Source: Ignavibacteria bacterium
GTDB lineage: Bacteria; Bacteroidota; Ignavibacteria; Tepidaquicellales; OLB5
NCBI GenBank assembly: GCA_031430615.1
Contig: JANPBV010000381.1
Span: 1-62,074 of the forward strand
Length of the DNA: 62,074 nt
Direction of reading: 5' to 3'
The notes below the pieces were generated by a model, which worked only from the letters and a program-made list of their open reading frames with translations, had not been told where the DNA came from and did no database searches. The translations under genes were made by a program, and so were the position numbers. Shown piece by piece: positions 1 through 8,116 of this stretch. The stretch's first letter is position 1. The number at the start of each line of letters is the position of its first letter.

Positions 1-546
1 GTAAAGGCTTATATAAAATCAAAGAGCGGGGTATCAAATGCAAAGTTATTCTGGTCATTAGATACAACAAGCGGCTTCACACAGGTAAATATGACAGGTG
101 CGTTAGATACATTCCGCGCTAATATACCTGCTCAATCTTTGGATACAACGGTATATTATTATATTTCAGCAACATCAGTAAGCGGCAGAACTGTAACAAA
201 ACCACTGCCTTCTCCTTCGGCAAATTTCCGTTTCAAAGTTACAAATCTAATTGGCATAGAGCCAATTGCAGCCGGGATTCCGGTTAGATTTACTTTATAT
301 CAAAATTACCCTAATCCGTTTAATCCGGTAACAAAAATAAAATTTGATATTTCAAAAAGCAGTAATGTAACATTGAAAGTATATGATATCACAGGTAAGG
401 AAGTATTGAAAATATCAGACGCATATATGAGCGCAGGCACTTACAGTTACGAGTGGAATGCTTCTGGGTTTGCAAGCGGAATTTATTTCTATAAATTAGT
501 ATCAGGTGAATTCACTGACGTTAAGAAAATGATATTAGTTAAGTAA
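1..546 (+). CDS. Secreted protein, C-terminal part only (5' end outside window), with T9SS C-terminal sorting domain
   Basis: Frame 1 is open from nt 1 to the TAA at 544-546. The last ~80 aa carry YQNYPNPFNP...KVYDITGKEV...SGIYFYKL, the Por/T9SS type-A CTD pattern. Confidence 0.75.
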   Translation, partial: VKAYIKSKSGVSNAKLFWSLDTTSGFTQVNMTGALDTFRANIPAQSLDTTVYYYISATSVSGRTVTKPLPSPSANFRFKVTNLIGIEPIAAGIPVRFTLYQNYPNPFNPVTKIKFDISKSSNVTLKVYDITGKEVLKISDAYMSAGTYSYEWNASGFASGIYFYKLVSGEFTDVKKMILVK

Positions 547-550
547 AAAT

Positions 551-585
551 GTGAAACGTGAAATGTCAAACGTGAGATGTCAAAT
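551..585 (+). repeat. Tandem heptamer tract (GTSARAY)x5 in the 3' UTR
   Basis: gtgaaac gtgaaat gtcaaac gtgagat gtcaaat in strict 7-nt register, starting 5 nt after the stop at 544-546. Confidence 0.9.
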
Positions 586-663
586 GGGAAAAAAGAAATT
601 GTATTTATAGTGAAGCATATAAACAGAATATAGAATTAATCCATAAATTTAAATAATCATAAA

Positions 664-3114
664 TTGAAAAAAGCATTATTATTTTTATTCATTCTTTTCT
701 GCTCTTCAATTACTCACAGCCAGGTTGAAGAGAAGCAAAGCATCGCAATTCAGCCTCCTTTTCTGAGTGTATCACCAAACGGGACAAAAAGCTCGGTAGA
801 TATTGTTAACGGTTTTGATAATATATACCTTGGCGTTGATTTTGGTGAACCATACATTGCTACAAATCCAAGAGATCCGTTAAATAGTATTTGCGCATTT
901 AATACAAACGGGTTATACTATACGATAGATGGATATAATTGGACAAGGAACAGTCCGCAATTTGCAGGCTACAGTGTTTTAGGTGACCCTGTTATGGCAT
1001 ATGATAGTTTAGGAACATGTTTTTATGTTCAATTATATCAAAACAGCGCTATCTATGGTATTACAGTTATGAAAACTACAAATAAAGGAGCTAACTGGGT
1101 TGGACCGTATAATGTATGGAACACAACAGTTGGTTTGGCAGATAAGGAATGGATAACCTGCGATCAGACAGGCGGTCCATACAGAAACAATGTTTACATT
1201 GGATGGAGGCAGTTTGGCGCTTCAGGTATGAGATTTACAAGAAGTACAGATGCCGGTGTAACCTGGTCATCCCCGTTAACATTTACTGGCGGTCAGGGCG
1301 CATACGTAGCAGTAGGACCAAACGGTAATACGCAGGGCGGAAGTGTATATTTTGCAGCAGTCAGCGGAAGCTCATTAATGGTAAACCGCTCAACCGATGG
1401 CGGAGTAACATTTGGAGCACAGGTTAATTCTACAAATGTGAGCGGTCCGGGGGTTATTTGCGCAGGGAGATATACTGTAAAGAGCTGTATCAGGAATAAC
1501 GAATTTCCAAGAATGGCGGCAGATAACAGTTACACTTCAACAAGAGGAAATGTTTATGTAGTTTATGCCGGAAACCCAGCCGGTCCGGATAATGCTGATA
1601 TATTTCTTGTGAAGTCAACTGATTATGGAGTAACATGGACAGCGCCATTAAGAGTTAATGATGACGCTACAATTACCGATCAATGGCAGCCATCAGTATC
1701 TGTAGATAATATCACAGGAAAAATATTTATATGCTGGTATGATTCAAGAATTGATGAAGCAAGTAATCTTCAAACAAGATTGTACGCTTCTGTTTCAACT
1801 AATGGCGGGACAAGCTTTACAGCCAATCAAAATGTTTCAGATGTTTCGTTCAATCCCAATAACATGGCAGTTGGTCAGCCCGGCGGTGAAAAATATATTG
1901 GAGACTATATCGGAAATTCCGCTATATTTAATACAAGCTATAATGTTTGGATGGATGGAAGAGCAAATAACTTAAGAAGTTATGTTGGCTACTATCCTGA
2001 TTACGCTATGACATCAAACACTGCATTCAGAAATCTTGCAAACGGTGATAGCACAACATTTACCATAGTTATCCCTGCAATAAAAGGTCCGTTTACAGAT
2101 AGAATTAAGTTCAATGCTTTTGTTGACACCTTGCCGCAAAATGGTACACTTCAGATAACATTTGCAAACGGTAAAGATTCGATAACATCATTCCCTGATA
2201 GTGTAGTTGTTAAAGTAAAAGCAATAGGAAGCGTTACATCAAGGCTATACAAGCTAAATATAAGAGGAAGAAGTTCACAGTACGGAACAAATATTCATAT
2301 AAGGACAGCTGACCTGTTAGTAAATTCATCATATCTTAATATTGGAACAAACAGGAACGGCATTTGCGAATTCAAGGTAAACGGAGTACAGTATAATTCT
2401 CTGCAAACTTTGGTTTTCCCGAATTCAACTGTAGTAAACGTTCAGGCTATAAGTCCAAAGACAGTTGGATTTAACAGGTATGTATATGTAAACTGGTCTG
2501 ATAACGGTGATACAACTCACAATATAACTATTAACAGCAATTCAACATTAACCGCAAATTATAAATTGCAGTGCAGGTTAGCAATAACATCAACAGTTGG
2601 CAATACATTTGGTGATAATTATATAGATTCAGGTACTACTACAACATTTGGAGTTAATTTCAGGCATTTCAATTACAATGGTACATTTTACGTATTCCGC
2701 GGATGGAATGGTTCAGGTACCGGTTCATATTCAAGCCCGGACAGCACAGGAAATGACAGCGCTGTATCAGTTCTTATCAGGAATCCTATTGTTGAAACTG
2801 CAAGATGGACTGTGATGATAGGTATACAGAACATAAGTTCTGAAATTCCTAAGGAATATAAACTATATCAGAATTTCCCGAATCCGTTCAACCCGCAGAC
2901 CAATATCAATTTTGATATTATAAAATCAGGCATAGTAAAAATTGTAATATATGATCTTTTGGGGCGTGAAGTTGAAACGCTGGTTAACCAGGATATGGAA
3001 CCGGGAAGATACAAGATAGATTTCAACGCTAGCAACTACGCAAGCGGAATGTATATTTATAAAATTACATCAAATGAATTTGTTGATGTGAAGAAGATGC
3101 TGATTGTCAAATAG
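664..3114 (+). CDS. BNR/Asp-box repeat (sialidase-fold) secreted protein with T9SS C-terminal sorting domain
   Basis: Signal peptide; Asp-boxes STDAGVTWS, STDGGVTFG, STDYGVTWT, STNGGTSFT; C-terminal YQNFPNPFNPQT...GMYIYKI CTD; TTG start. Confidence 0.8.
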   Translation: MKKALLFLFILFCSSITHSQVEEKQSIAIQPPFLSVSPNGTKSSVDIVNGFDNIYLGVDFGEPYIATNPRDPLNSICAFNTNGLYYTIDGYNWTRNSPQFAGYSVLGDPVMAYDSLGTCFYVQLYQNSAIYGITVMKTTNKGANWVGPYNVWNTTVGLADKEWITCDQTGGPYRNNVYIGWRQFGASGMRFTRSTDAGVTWSSPLTFTGGQGAYVAVGPNGNTQGGSVYFAAVSGSSLMVNRSTDGGVTFGAQVNSTNVSGPGVICAGRYTVKSCIRNNEFPRMAADNSYTSTRGNVYVVYAGNPAGPDNADIFLVKSTDYGVTWTAPLRVNDDATITDQWQPSVSVDNITGKIFICWYDSRIDEASNLQTRLYASVSTNGGTSFTANQNVSDVSFNPNNMAVGQPGGEKYIGDYIGNSAIFNTSYNVWMDGRANNLRSYVGYYPDYAMTSNTAFRNLANGDSTTFTIVIPAIKGPFTDRIKFNAFVDTLPQNGTLQITFANGKDSITSFPDSVVVKVKAIGSVTSRLYKLNIRGRSSQYGTNIHIRTADLLVNSSYLNIGTNRNGICEFKVNGVQYNSLQTLVFPNSTVVNVQAISPKTVGFNRYVYVNWSDNGDTTHNITINSNSTLTANYKLQCRLAITSTVGNTFGDNYIDSGTTTTFGVNFRHFNYNGTFYVFRGWNGSGTGSYSSPDSTGNDSAVSVLIRNPIVETARWTVMIGIQNISSEIPKEYKLYQNFPNPFNPQTNINFDIIKSGIVKIVIYDLLGREVETLVNQDMEPGRYKIDFNASNYASGMYIYKITSNEFVDVKKMLIVK

Positions 3115-3136
3115 TGGAATAGCGAAATAGTGAATA
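3113..3136 (+). repeat. Tandem octamer tract (AGYGRAAT)x3 overlapping the stop codon
   Basis: agtggaat agcgaaat agtgaata in 8-nt register. The first unit overlaps the TAG at 3112-3114. Same word family as 57219-57266 (opposite strand). Confidence 0.75.
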
Positions 3137-3146
3137 TTATTTTATA

Positions 3147-3179
3147 AAGAGGTGGCCGGAAATGGCTGCCTCTTTTTTT
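3147..3179 (+). terminator. Intrinsic terminator
   Basis: aagaggtggcc-ggaaat-ggctgcctctt stem-loop followed by a T7 run. Confidence 0.7.
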
Positions 3180-3254
3180 ATATTTCTTTTTAATATTTGG
3201 AAAGATATTTTTGTAAACTTATAAATTTATTAATAACAAAGGGTAAAAATATTT

Positions 3255-3617
3255 ATGCAGGATACAAAAGCGTGGCTTTTAGAAATTGGTAAAACAATTG
3301 ATGCAAGAGATGCAAAGGGATTTTCTGAGTATTGTACAGAAAATGGTGAGTTCCGTTTTGGCAATGCGGAATCAGTTACAGGCAGAAAGGCTATTGAGGA
3401 TTATGTTGCGGCATTTTTTGTTATGATTGGCTCAAGTTCACATGAGGTGTTAAATTGCTGGGATAACGGTAAAGAAATAGTTTGGGAAGGCAGAGTAACA
3501 TACACAAGACTTGACGGCAAAGTGGTTCCCGTTAACTTTACTAATATTTTTTACATGAATGGCGACTTAATTGAAAGGTATTTGATATTTATTGATAATA
3601 CACCGCTCTTTGCGTAG
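3255..3617 (+). CDS. SnoaL-like / NTF2-fold small protein
   Basis: 120 aa. Size and pattern (DA.GF..Y.TE.G.FRFGN...G..AI..Y...F) are typical of NTF2/SnoaL-like domains. Motif-level call only. Confidence 0.5.
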   Translation: MQDTKAWLLEIGKTIDARDAKGFSEYCTENGEFRFGNAESVTGRKAIEDYVAAFFVMIGSSSHEVLNCWDNGKEIVWEGRVTYTRLDGKVVPVNFTNIFYMNGDLIERYLIFIDNTPLFA

Positions 3618-3732
3618 GGTCATGATCCCCTCTAGCTCCCCCTTTCAGGGGGAGAACTAATGTTCATCGCTTTTCTGTACAGACGTCCCGCTGGGACGTC
3701 TCAAAATTTGAAATTCACAATCAGAAAAATTT

Positions 3733-3766
3733 AAACCTGCCAGGTCTTAAAGACCTGGCAGGTTTT
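3733..3766. terminator. Bidirectional intrinsic terminator between convergent genes
   Basis: 13-bp perfect stem acctgccaggtct-taa-agacctggcaggt, flanked by AA on the left and TTTT on the right. Confidence 0.75.
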
Positions 3767-3820
3767 GTGTTAATTTTAGCTCTTTGAATGAGATCCTTCG
3801 CTTCGCTCAGGATTAATGGG

Positions 3821-4201
3821 TTACTTCCTTGGTGGAGGTGTATGCAATGCTACTTTATTGCCTTCGGTATCAAGGAAAATCGCAAAATCACCAATTTCAG
3901 GTGTAATTGCTGTTCTTGGAACAACAACCTTACCACCTGCTTTATCAATTCTTACCATCATTTCATCAATAATTCCGTCAGCGTTCAGGTAAACCATAGC
4001 GCCTTTATCGCTTGGCACATATCCTTCACCGTGTACAATCGCGCCGCTTACCCCGCCCTGCTCATCGTATGGAAGGAAACCCATTCTGAAGGGTCCCATC
4101 ATCTGATCGGCAATACTTGCTTCAAAAATTGCTTCGTAGAATTTTTTTGCTCTGTCGAAATCAGTTACGGGAAGCTCAAACCAGTTTATTGTGTTTCTCA
4201 T
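3821..4201 (-). CDS. VOC (glyoxalase/bleomycin-resistance fold) family protein
   Basis: 126 aa; N-terminal INWFELPVTDFDRAKKFYEAIF and C-terminal FAIFLDTEGNKVALH are typical VOC-family signatures. Confidence 0.75.
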   Translation of the reverse strand: MRNTINWFELPVTDFDRAKKFYEAIFEASIADQMMGPFRMGFLPYDEQGGVSGAIVHGEGYVPSDKGAMVYLNADGIIDEMMVRIDKAGGKVVVPRTAITPEIGDFAIFLDTEGNKVALHTPPPRK

Positions 4202-4268
4202 AATAAATAAAGCCTTTCTTTTTTGTTAATTAAAATTATGTAACAAACATAAGCAAGCAGGATGAATC

Positions 4269-5228
4269 TCACTTCTTAATTCTTGCTAATTTGTGTTCAA
4301 AAGAATTATAGCTCCCGCGCATAACCTCGGGTGATAAGCCGTATTTCTGCTTAAAGAGCCAGCTAAACGAGCTTAAGCTCTGGAAACCGACCTCAAAACA
4401 AACTTCGGTAATACTCATTTCGGTTTTCATAATGAGGCTGGATGCCTTATCAAGTCTTTTATATGTTATATACTGGTAAGGTGTATCGCCAAATACATTT
4501 TTAAATAATCTGATGAAATGAAAATTTGACATACATGCGACTTTTGCGGCATCTTCTATCTTAATTTCAGTATTAAAATTATCATCAATGTAATCCTTGG
4601 CGTCATTTATCTTTTTGTATACTTCTATCTTTGTTGATCTTTTCACGGAGGGTATTCTGTGAATTTCCTCGCCAACCTGTTTATGGATTTCAAAAAGAAC
4701 TTTTAAGAGCAGGAAAAATTCTTCTTCAAGCCACTGGTCGTCATCAAATCCGGTTTTTGACGCAAGTGTGAATTTATAGATATAAGGCATTAATCTTCCA
4801 TCGAAGGGATATATCATTTCCATAAATGTAACGGGTTGGTTTGATTCAGCCATATTGTGCGCACCACCACCCTCGAGAATATTTTCTTCACCAGCAACGA
4901 TACTGTTTAACACCTCCTCGGCGAAAGAGGGTCTGAAAAAAACTGAAAGAGTTTCGCATTCAGTTTCAGATTGTATCCTTGCGGAATACTTCTGCCCGTT
5001 ATTAAAAATTAAGTAATTGTATGGCTGAACCCTGTAGCTTCTTTGTTTAGTTGCAAAATACTCTTCACCTTTCAAAGTGAATTTTAGGGTTAATGGACCG
5101 GTATGCAGCGGGTAATAAGCTGATTTGGTTTTGTTGTAAATGACCATATTCGGCCATCCCACTTCGGGGCATGGAGAACTAACATCATAGCCTGGTTTTG
5201 TGTAATCCGGGTAGCCTTTTAGTATCAT
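4269..5228 (-). CDS. AraC-family transcriptional regulator
   Basis: C-terminal double HTH (AAKVACMSNFHFIRLFKNVFGDTPYQYITYKRL...ITEVCFEVGFQSLSSFSWLFKQKYGLSP). Start moved to the internal ATG (MILKG) because the longer ORF runs through the 5239-5280 inverted repeat. Confidence 0.8.
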   Translation of the reverse strand: MILKGYPDYTKPGYDVSSPCPEVGWPNMVIYNKTKSAYYPLHTGPLTLKFTLKGEEYFATKQRSYRVQPYNYLIFNNGQKYSARIQSETECETLSVFFRPSFAEEVLNSIVAGEENILEGGGAHNMAESNQPVTFMEMIYPFDGRLMPYIYKFTLASKTGFDDDQWLEEEFFLLLKVLFEIHKQVGEEIHRIPSVKRSTKIEVYKKINDAKDYIDDNFNTEIKIEDAAKVACMSNFHFIRLFKNVFGDTPYQYITYKRLDKASSLIMKTEMSITEVCFEVGFQSLSSFSWLFKQKYGLSPEVMRGSYNSFEHKLARIKK

Positions 5229-5238
5229 AATAAATTGA

Positions 5239-5280
5239 GTTGTTGGTGAACTTAGAAACAAGTCAAGCAACACCAACAAC
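5239..5280. repeat. GTTGTTGGTG...CACCAACAAC inverted-repeat element (copy 1 of 4)
   Basis: gttgttggtg-(22 nt)-caccaacaac then ggg, 11 nt upstream of the AraC start. Confidence 0.8.
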
Positions 5281-5678
5281 GGGGGTTTAGTTTTGGTTTA
5301 AGCGAGAGCAGGCAATTTTATGCATAAATGAAGAATTTTACAATTGAAAAAGGAGTAAGTAAAAAGGCATCCCGCTAAGTAGAAAAACGGGACTGCCTTT
5401 CTCCAATTCGTGTAGCAAGGCGTGGCAAAAAACGCAGAAAGTAAAAAAGCATGTTTCAGAAACCAGCATATTAATTGACCCTATAACGCTTTCAATCTTC
5501 ACTTTGAATTCATTGCACCAAAGATAAAAATCATAAGAAATAGGATATAATTTGATGTTTAGATGGAAATTGGCTGTAAATTGAAACAATCGTAATAAAA
5601 ATTCCTTAAAATAAATCAATATTTAACGCTAAAATACTTGCATTTTTTAATAAATGCATATATATTTGAGTAATTCCA

Positions 5679-6092
5679 ATGAAAAAGCCACTAAAAATAG
5701 CAAGTATTACTTGTCTGCTGATAATATTAACTGCGGGCTTACTTTATGCAGCCACTGAACTGCAATATTTTACTGGGAAAAATGAATCAGATACAATTCT
5801 TTTGGAATGGAAAACAGGTACCGAAGATAACCTGAACCGTTTTGAAATTGAAAGAAGTGCATCTGAACCAAACAACTTTGTAAATATTGGCAGCGTGACA
5901 GCAATTGGTAATAATTCATATTATTATTACAGAGATGCTGCTGCACGCCAAAGTTCAAGTCCGATTTATTATTACAGGCTGAAAATAGTTGATAACAACG
6001 GCAATCATGTATATTCGCAGACAATAACCGTTGCACATGTTATATCCAGTGTACGCGATACCTGGGGTAGCATTAAGGCTATCTTCAGATAG
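5679..6092 (+). CDS. Secreted hypothetical protein (Ig/Fn3-like beta domain)
   Basis: Signal peptide, then the LEWKT....RFEIERS...YYYRLKIVD.NG pattern. TAtaTTTG sits 10 nt upstream of the ATG. Confidence 0.5.
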   Translation: MKKPLKIASITCLLIILTAGLLYAATELQYFTGKNESDTILLEWKTGTEDNLNRFEIERSASEPNNFVNIGSVTAIGNNSYYYYRDAAARQSSSPIYYYRLKIVDNNGNHVYSQTITVAHVISSVRDTWGSIKAIFR

Positions 6093-6219
6093 CAGACGGT
6101 TTTATACCACCCGCGGCTATACCTCATTTCCGATAAAGAGAATCCACAATTATTTTTTATTACCATTCAAAAATGATTATTTAAATGTTTTCATAAATTA
6201 ATCTAAAGGAGAATGATTC

Positions 6220-6600
6220 ATGGCAGATACAAGACCGGCAGTTGCTTCAATAACACAGGCAGATATTGAAGACGGAAAAATGATGGCGATACTTGCCTAT
6301 ATCTTTTTCTTAGTACCGTTATTTGCAGCAAGAGATAAGAAGTTTGCAATGTATCACACAGAACAGGCAATAGCTCTTTGGATTGCATTCATAGCAATTT
6401 ATATAGTTATAACAATTTTAACAATTGTGGTGAACCAGATAAGCAGCACATTAGGATGTGTAATCTCAATCCTTGGTATACTTCCCTGGATAGCTTATAT
6501 TGTATTATGGATAATGGGTTTAATGAACGCAGTTGGCGGAAAAGTAAAAGAGCTTCCGTTAATTGGCGCTTGGGGCGCAAAATTTAATTTAGTAAAATAA
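6220..6600 (+). CDS. Small polytopic membrane protein (DUF4870-like), paralog A1
   Basis: 126 aa, 3 predicted TM helices, AGGAG RBS. Clear paralog of 6629..6967 (shared ...DGK.MAI.AY.FF..PL.......MYH.EQ...L and FGxKFNLVK end). Confidence 0.65.
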   Translation: MADTRPAVASITQADIEDGKMMAILAYIFFLVPLFAARDKKFAMYHTEQAIALWIAFIAIYIVITILTIVVNQISSTLGCVISILGILPWIAYIVLWIMGLMNAVGGKVKELPLIGAWGAKFNLVK

Positions 6601-6628
6601 AATATTAGTTTTCATCAGGAGAAAATAA

Positions 6629-6967
6629 ATGGCAGAATCAACAAGACAGGTTAATTTTACACAGGAAGATGTTAATAACGGAAAAACGATGGCAATAATT
6701 GCCTACCTGATATTCTTTATCCCGTTATTGATGGATGATATGAAAAGAAATAATTATGTAATGTATCACGTTGAGCAATCAATTGTGCTGCTTATTGTGA
6801 ATATTTTAGCTGGCATAATAGGCACAATTACATGCGGTATTGGCTTTATATTATATATTCCGTGGATAGTATTTTTAATTATGGGTATGATGAATGCCTC
6901 GAAGGGTGAATGCAAACCTCTTCCGCTTGTTGGACAGTTTGGTGAAAAATTCAACCTTGTTAAATAA
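6629..6967 (+). CDS. Small polytopic membrane protein (DUF4870-like), paralog A2
   Basis: 112 aa, paralogous to 6220..6600; AGGAG RBS. Confidence 0.65.
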   Translation: MAESTRQVNFTQEDVNNGKTMAIIAYLIFFIPLLMDDMKRNNYVMYHVEQSIVLLIVNILAGIIGTITCGIGFILYIPWIVFLIMGMMNASKGECKPLPLVGQFGEKFNLVK

Positions 6968-6990
6968 TTAATCAGCCAATAGATATTTTT

Positions 6991-7024
6991 AAAAGCGCAT
7001 TCATTTTTGGATGCGCTTTTTTTT
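6991..7024 (+). terminator. Intrinsic terminator
   Basis: gcgcattc-atttt-ggatgcgc stem followed by a T8 run. Confidence 0.75.
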
Positions 7025-7117
7025 ATATATTATTGAATTTATTTTGAAACAATATTTGTAATCTAAGGTTTAATATTCAAATTGAACTAATACAGATTTT
7101 GATTAAAACCAGTTAAA

Positions 7118-7489
7118 ATGAACAATAACGATCAGTTAAATCTATTACGGATATTTTTCCTGATATCGGGAATACTGAACATTCTTTATGGTTTGGGTTG
7201 GTCAGGCTATACAATAATTGGTGGTTTGATAACATGCGGTTTAGGCTGTTTGTTCGGAGCAATACCGGTAATAAATATAATAGCATGTGTTATGGATTTT
7301 GTTTCTTACAACAGGCTTAACAGAATGAACCGCTCAGGAACATATGGTACTTTACAGTTTGCCGCAATATTTGATATAATCTCAATTTTGACAGGAAACG
7401 TTACGAGCATGATATTTGGTATAATTGCCCTGATATTTCTGAATAACGAAGAAGTGAAAAATGAGATGAGGCAAAAAGGGATTTATTGA
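7118..7489 (+). CDS. Small polytopic membrane protein with CGLGC motif, paralog B1
   Basis: 123 aa, about 55% identical by eye to 7563..7934 (LFLISGILN...CGLGC..G..PVIN.IACV.DF..YNRLN...GTY...FAAIFDIISI). Confidence 0.6.
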   Translation: MNNNDQLNLLRIFFLISGILNILYGLGWSGYTIIGGLITCGLGCLFGAIPVINIIACVMDFVSYNRLNRMNRSGTYGTLQFAAIFDIISILTGNVTSMIFGIIALIFLNNEEVKNEMRQKGIY

Positions 7490-7490
7490 T

Positions 7491-7532
7491 GTGAAACGTG
7501 AAATGTTAGAAGTGGAATGCGAAACCTGAAAC
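7491..7532 (+). repeat. Tandem heptamer tract x6 in the 3' UTR
   Basis: gtgaaac gtgaaat gttagaa gtggaat gcgaaac ctgaaac, starting 2 nt after the TGA at 7487-7489. Confidence 0.85.
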
Positions 7533-7562
7533 AATTAATTTGATAATTATCTTAATGAGAAT

Positions 7563-7934
7563 ATGCAATATAATAATCAGTTAAATACTTTAAAAACATT
7601 ATTCCTGATATCAGGGATACTGAACGCAATTTGTATATTTGTATGGTTAGGAAATACTATTTTAGGAGCAGTTGCCTTTTGCGGGTTGGGCTGTGTTATA
7701 GGAATTTTCCCTGTAATAAATGCAATAGCCTGTGTACTGGACTTTATGGTCTACAACAGGCTGAATAAATTTAATAAAACCGGTACTTATAACACTATCA
7801 GGTTCGCAGCAATATTTGATATTATATCAATTGTAACGTTTAATATTACAAGCCTTATTTTCGGGATTATTGCACTCGTAATGATAAGTAAACCTGAAGT
7901 TCAGCAGGAAATGGTTAATAGAGGGATCTATTAA
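7563..7934 (+). CDS. Small polytopic membrane protein with CGLGC motif, paralog B2
   Basis: 123 aa, paralog of 7118..7489. Confidence 0.6.
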   Translation: MQYNNQLNTLKTLFLISGILNAICIFVWLGNTILGAVAFCGLGCVIGIFPVINAIACVLDFMVYNRLNKFNKTGTYNTIRFAAIFDIISIVTFNITSLIFGIIALVMISKPEVQQEMVNRGIY

Positions 7935-7935
7935 C

Positions 7936-7980
7936 GTCAAATGTGAAATGTGAAACGTGAAACGTCAAAAAATGTAAAAC
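7936..7980 (+). repeat. Tandem heptamer tract x5-6 in the 3' UTR
   Basis: gtcaaat gtgaaat gtgaaac gtgaaac gtcaaaa (aat) gtaaaac, starting 2 nt after the TAA at 7932-7934 and running into the terminator. Confidence 0.9.
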
Positions 7981-8005
7981 CCGAAGCTATAAGTTTCGGG
8001 TTTTT
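7976..8005 (+). terminator. Intrinsic terminator
   Basis: aaaacccgaa-gctataagt-ttcgggtttt stem-loop plus T run. Confidence 0.8.
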
Positions 8006-8015
8006 GATATATGCT

Positions 8016-8043
8016 ATTTGACATTTGAGCTTTGGCATTTGAC
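8016..8043 (-). repeat. Tandem heptamer tract x4, minus-strand sense
   Basis: The plus strand reads atttgac atttgag ctttggc atttgac, which is gtcaaat gccaaag ctcaaat gtcaaat on the minus strand. It lies ~75 nt downstream of the minus-strand POT gene stop. Confidence 0.75.
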
Positions 8044-8116
8044 ATTGCAAAAAATGGATCCTTCCTTACTCCTGCTACACAGGATTAAGGCGTGGCACTT
8101 CGTTCAGGATGGAGAA

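Noticed and set aside
547-561. Heptamer tracts as stop-codon readthrough extensions or small ORFs.
   Set aside because: In-frame stops follow quickly (after the TAA at 546: aaa tgt gaa acg tga). The tracts occur in all three phases relative to the upstream frame.
3788-4210. A 140-aa plus-strand ORF.
   Set aside because: It is fully antisense to the well-supported VOC-family gene (3821..4201), is Cys/Asn-rich, and has no motif.
5338-5619. A 93-aa minus-strand ORF in the AraC/5679 intergenic region.
   Set aside because: It has no RBS or motif, overlaps dispersed-repeat fragments, and lies in a likely promoter region for both flanking genes.
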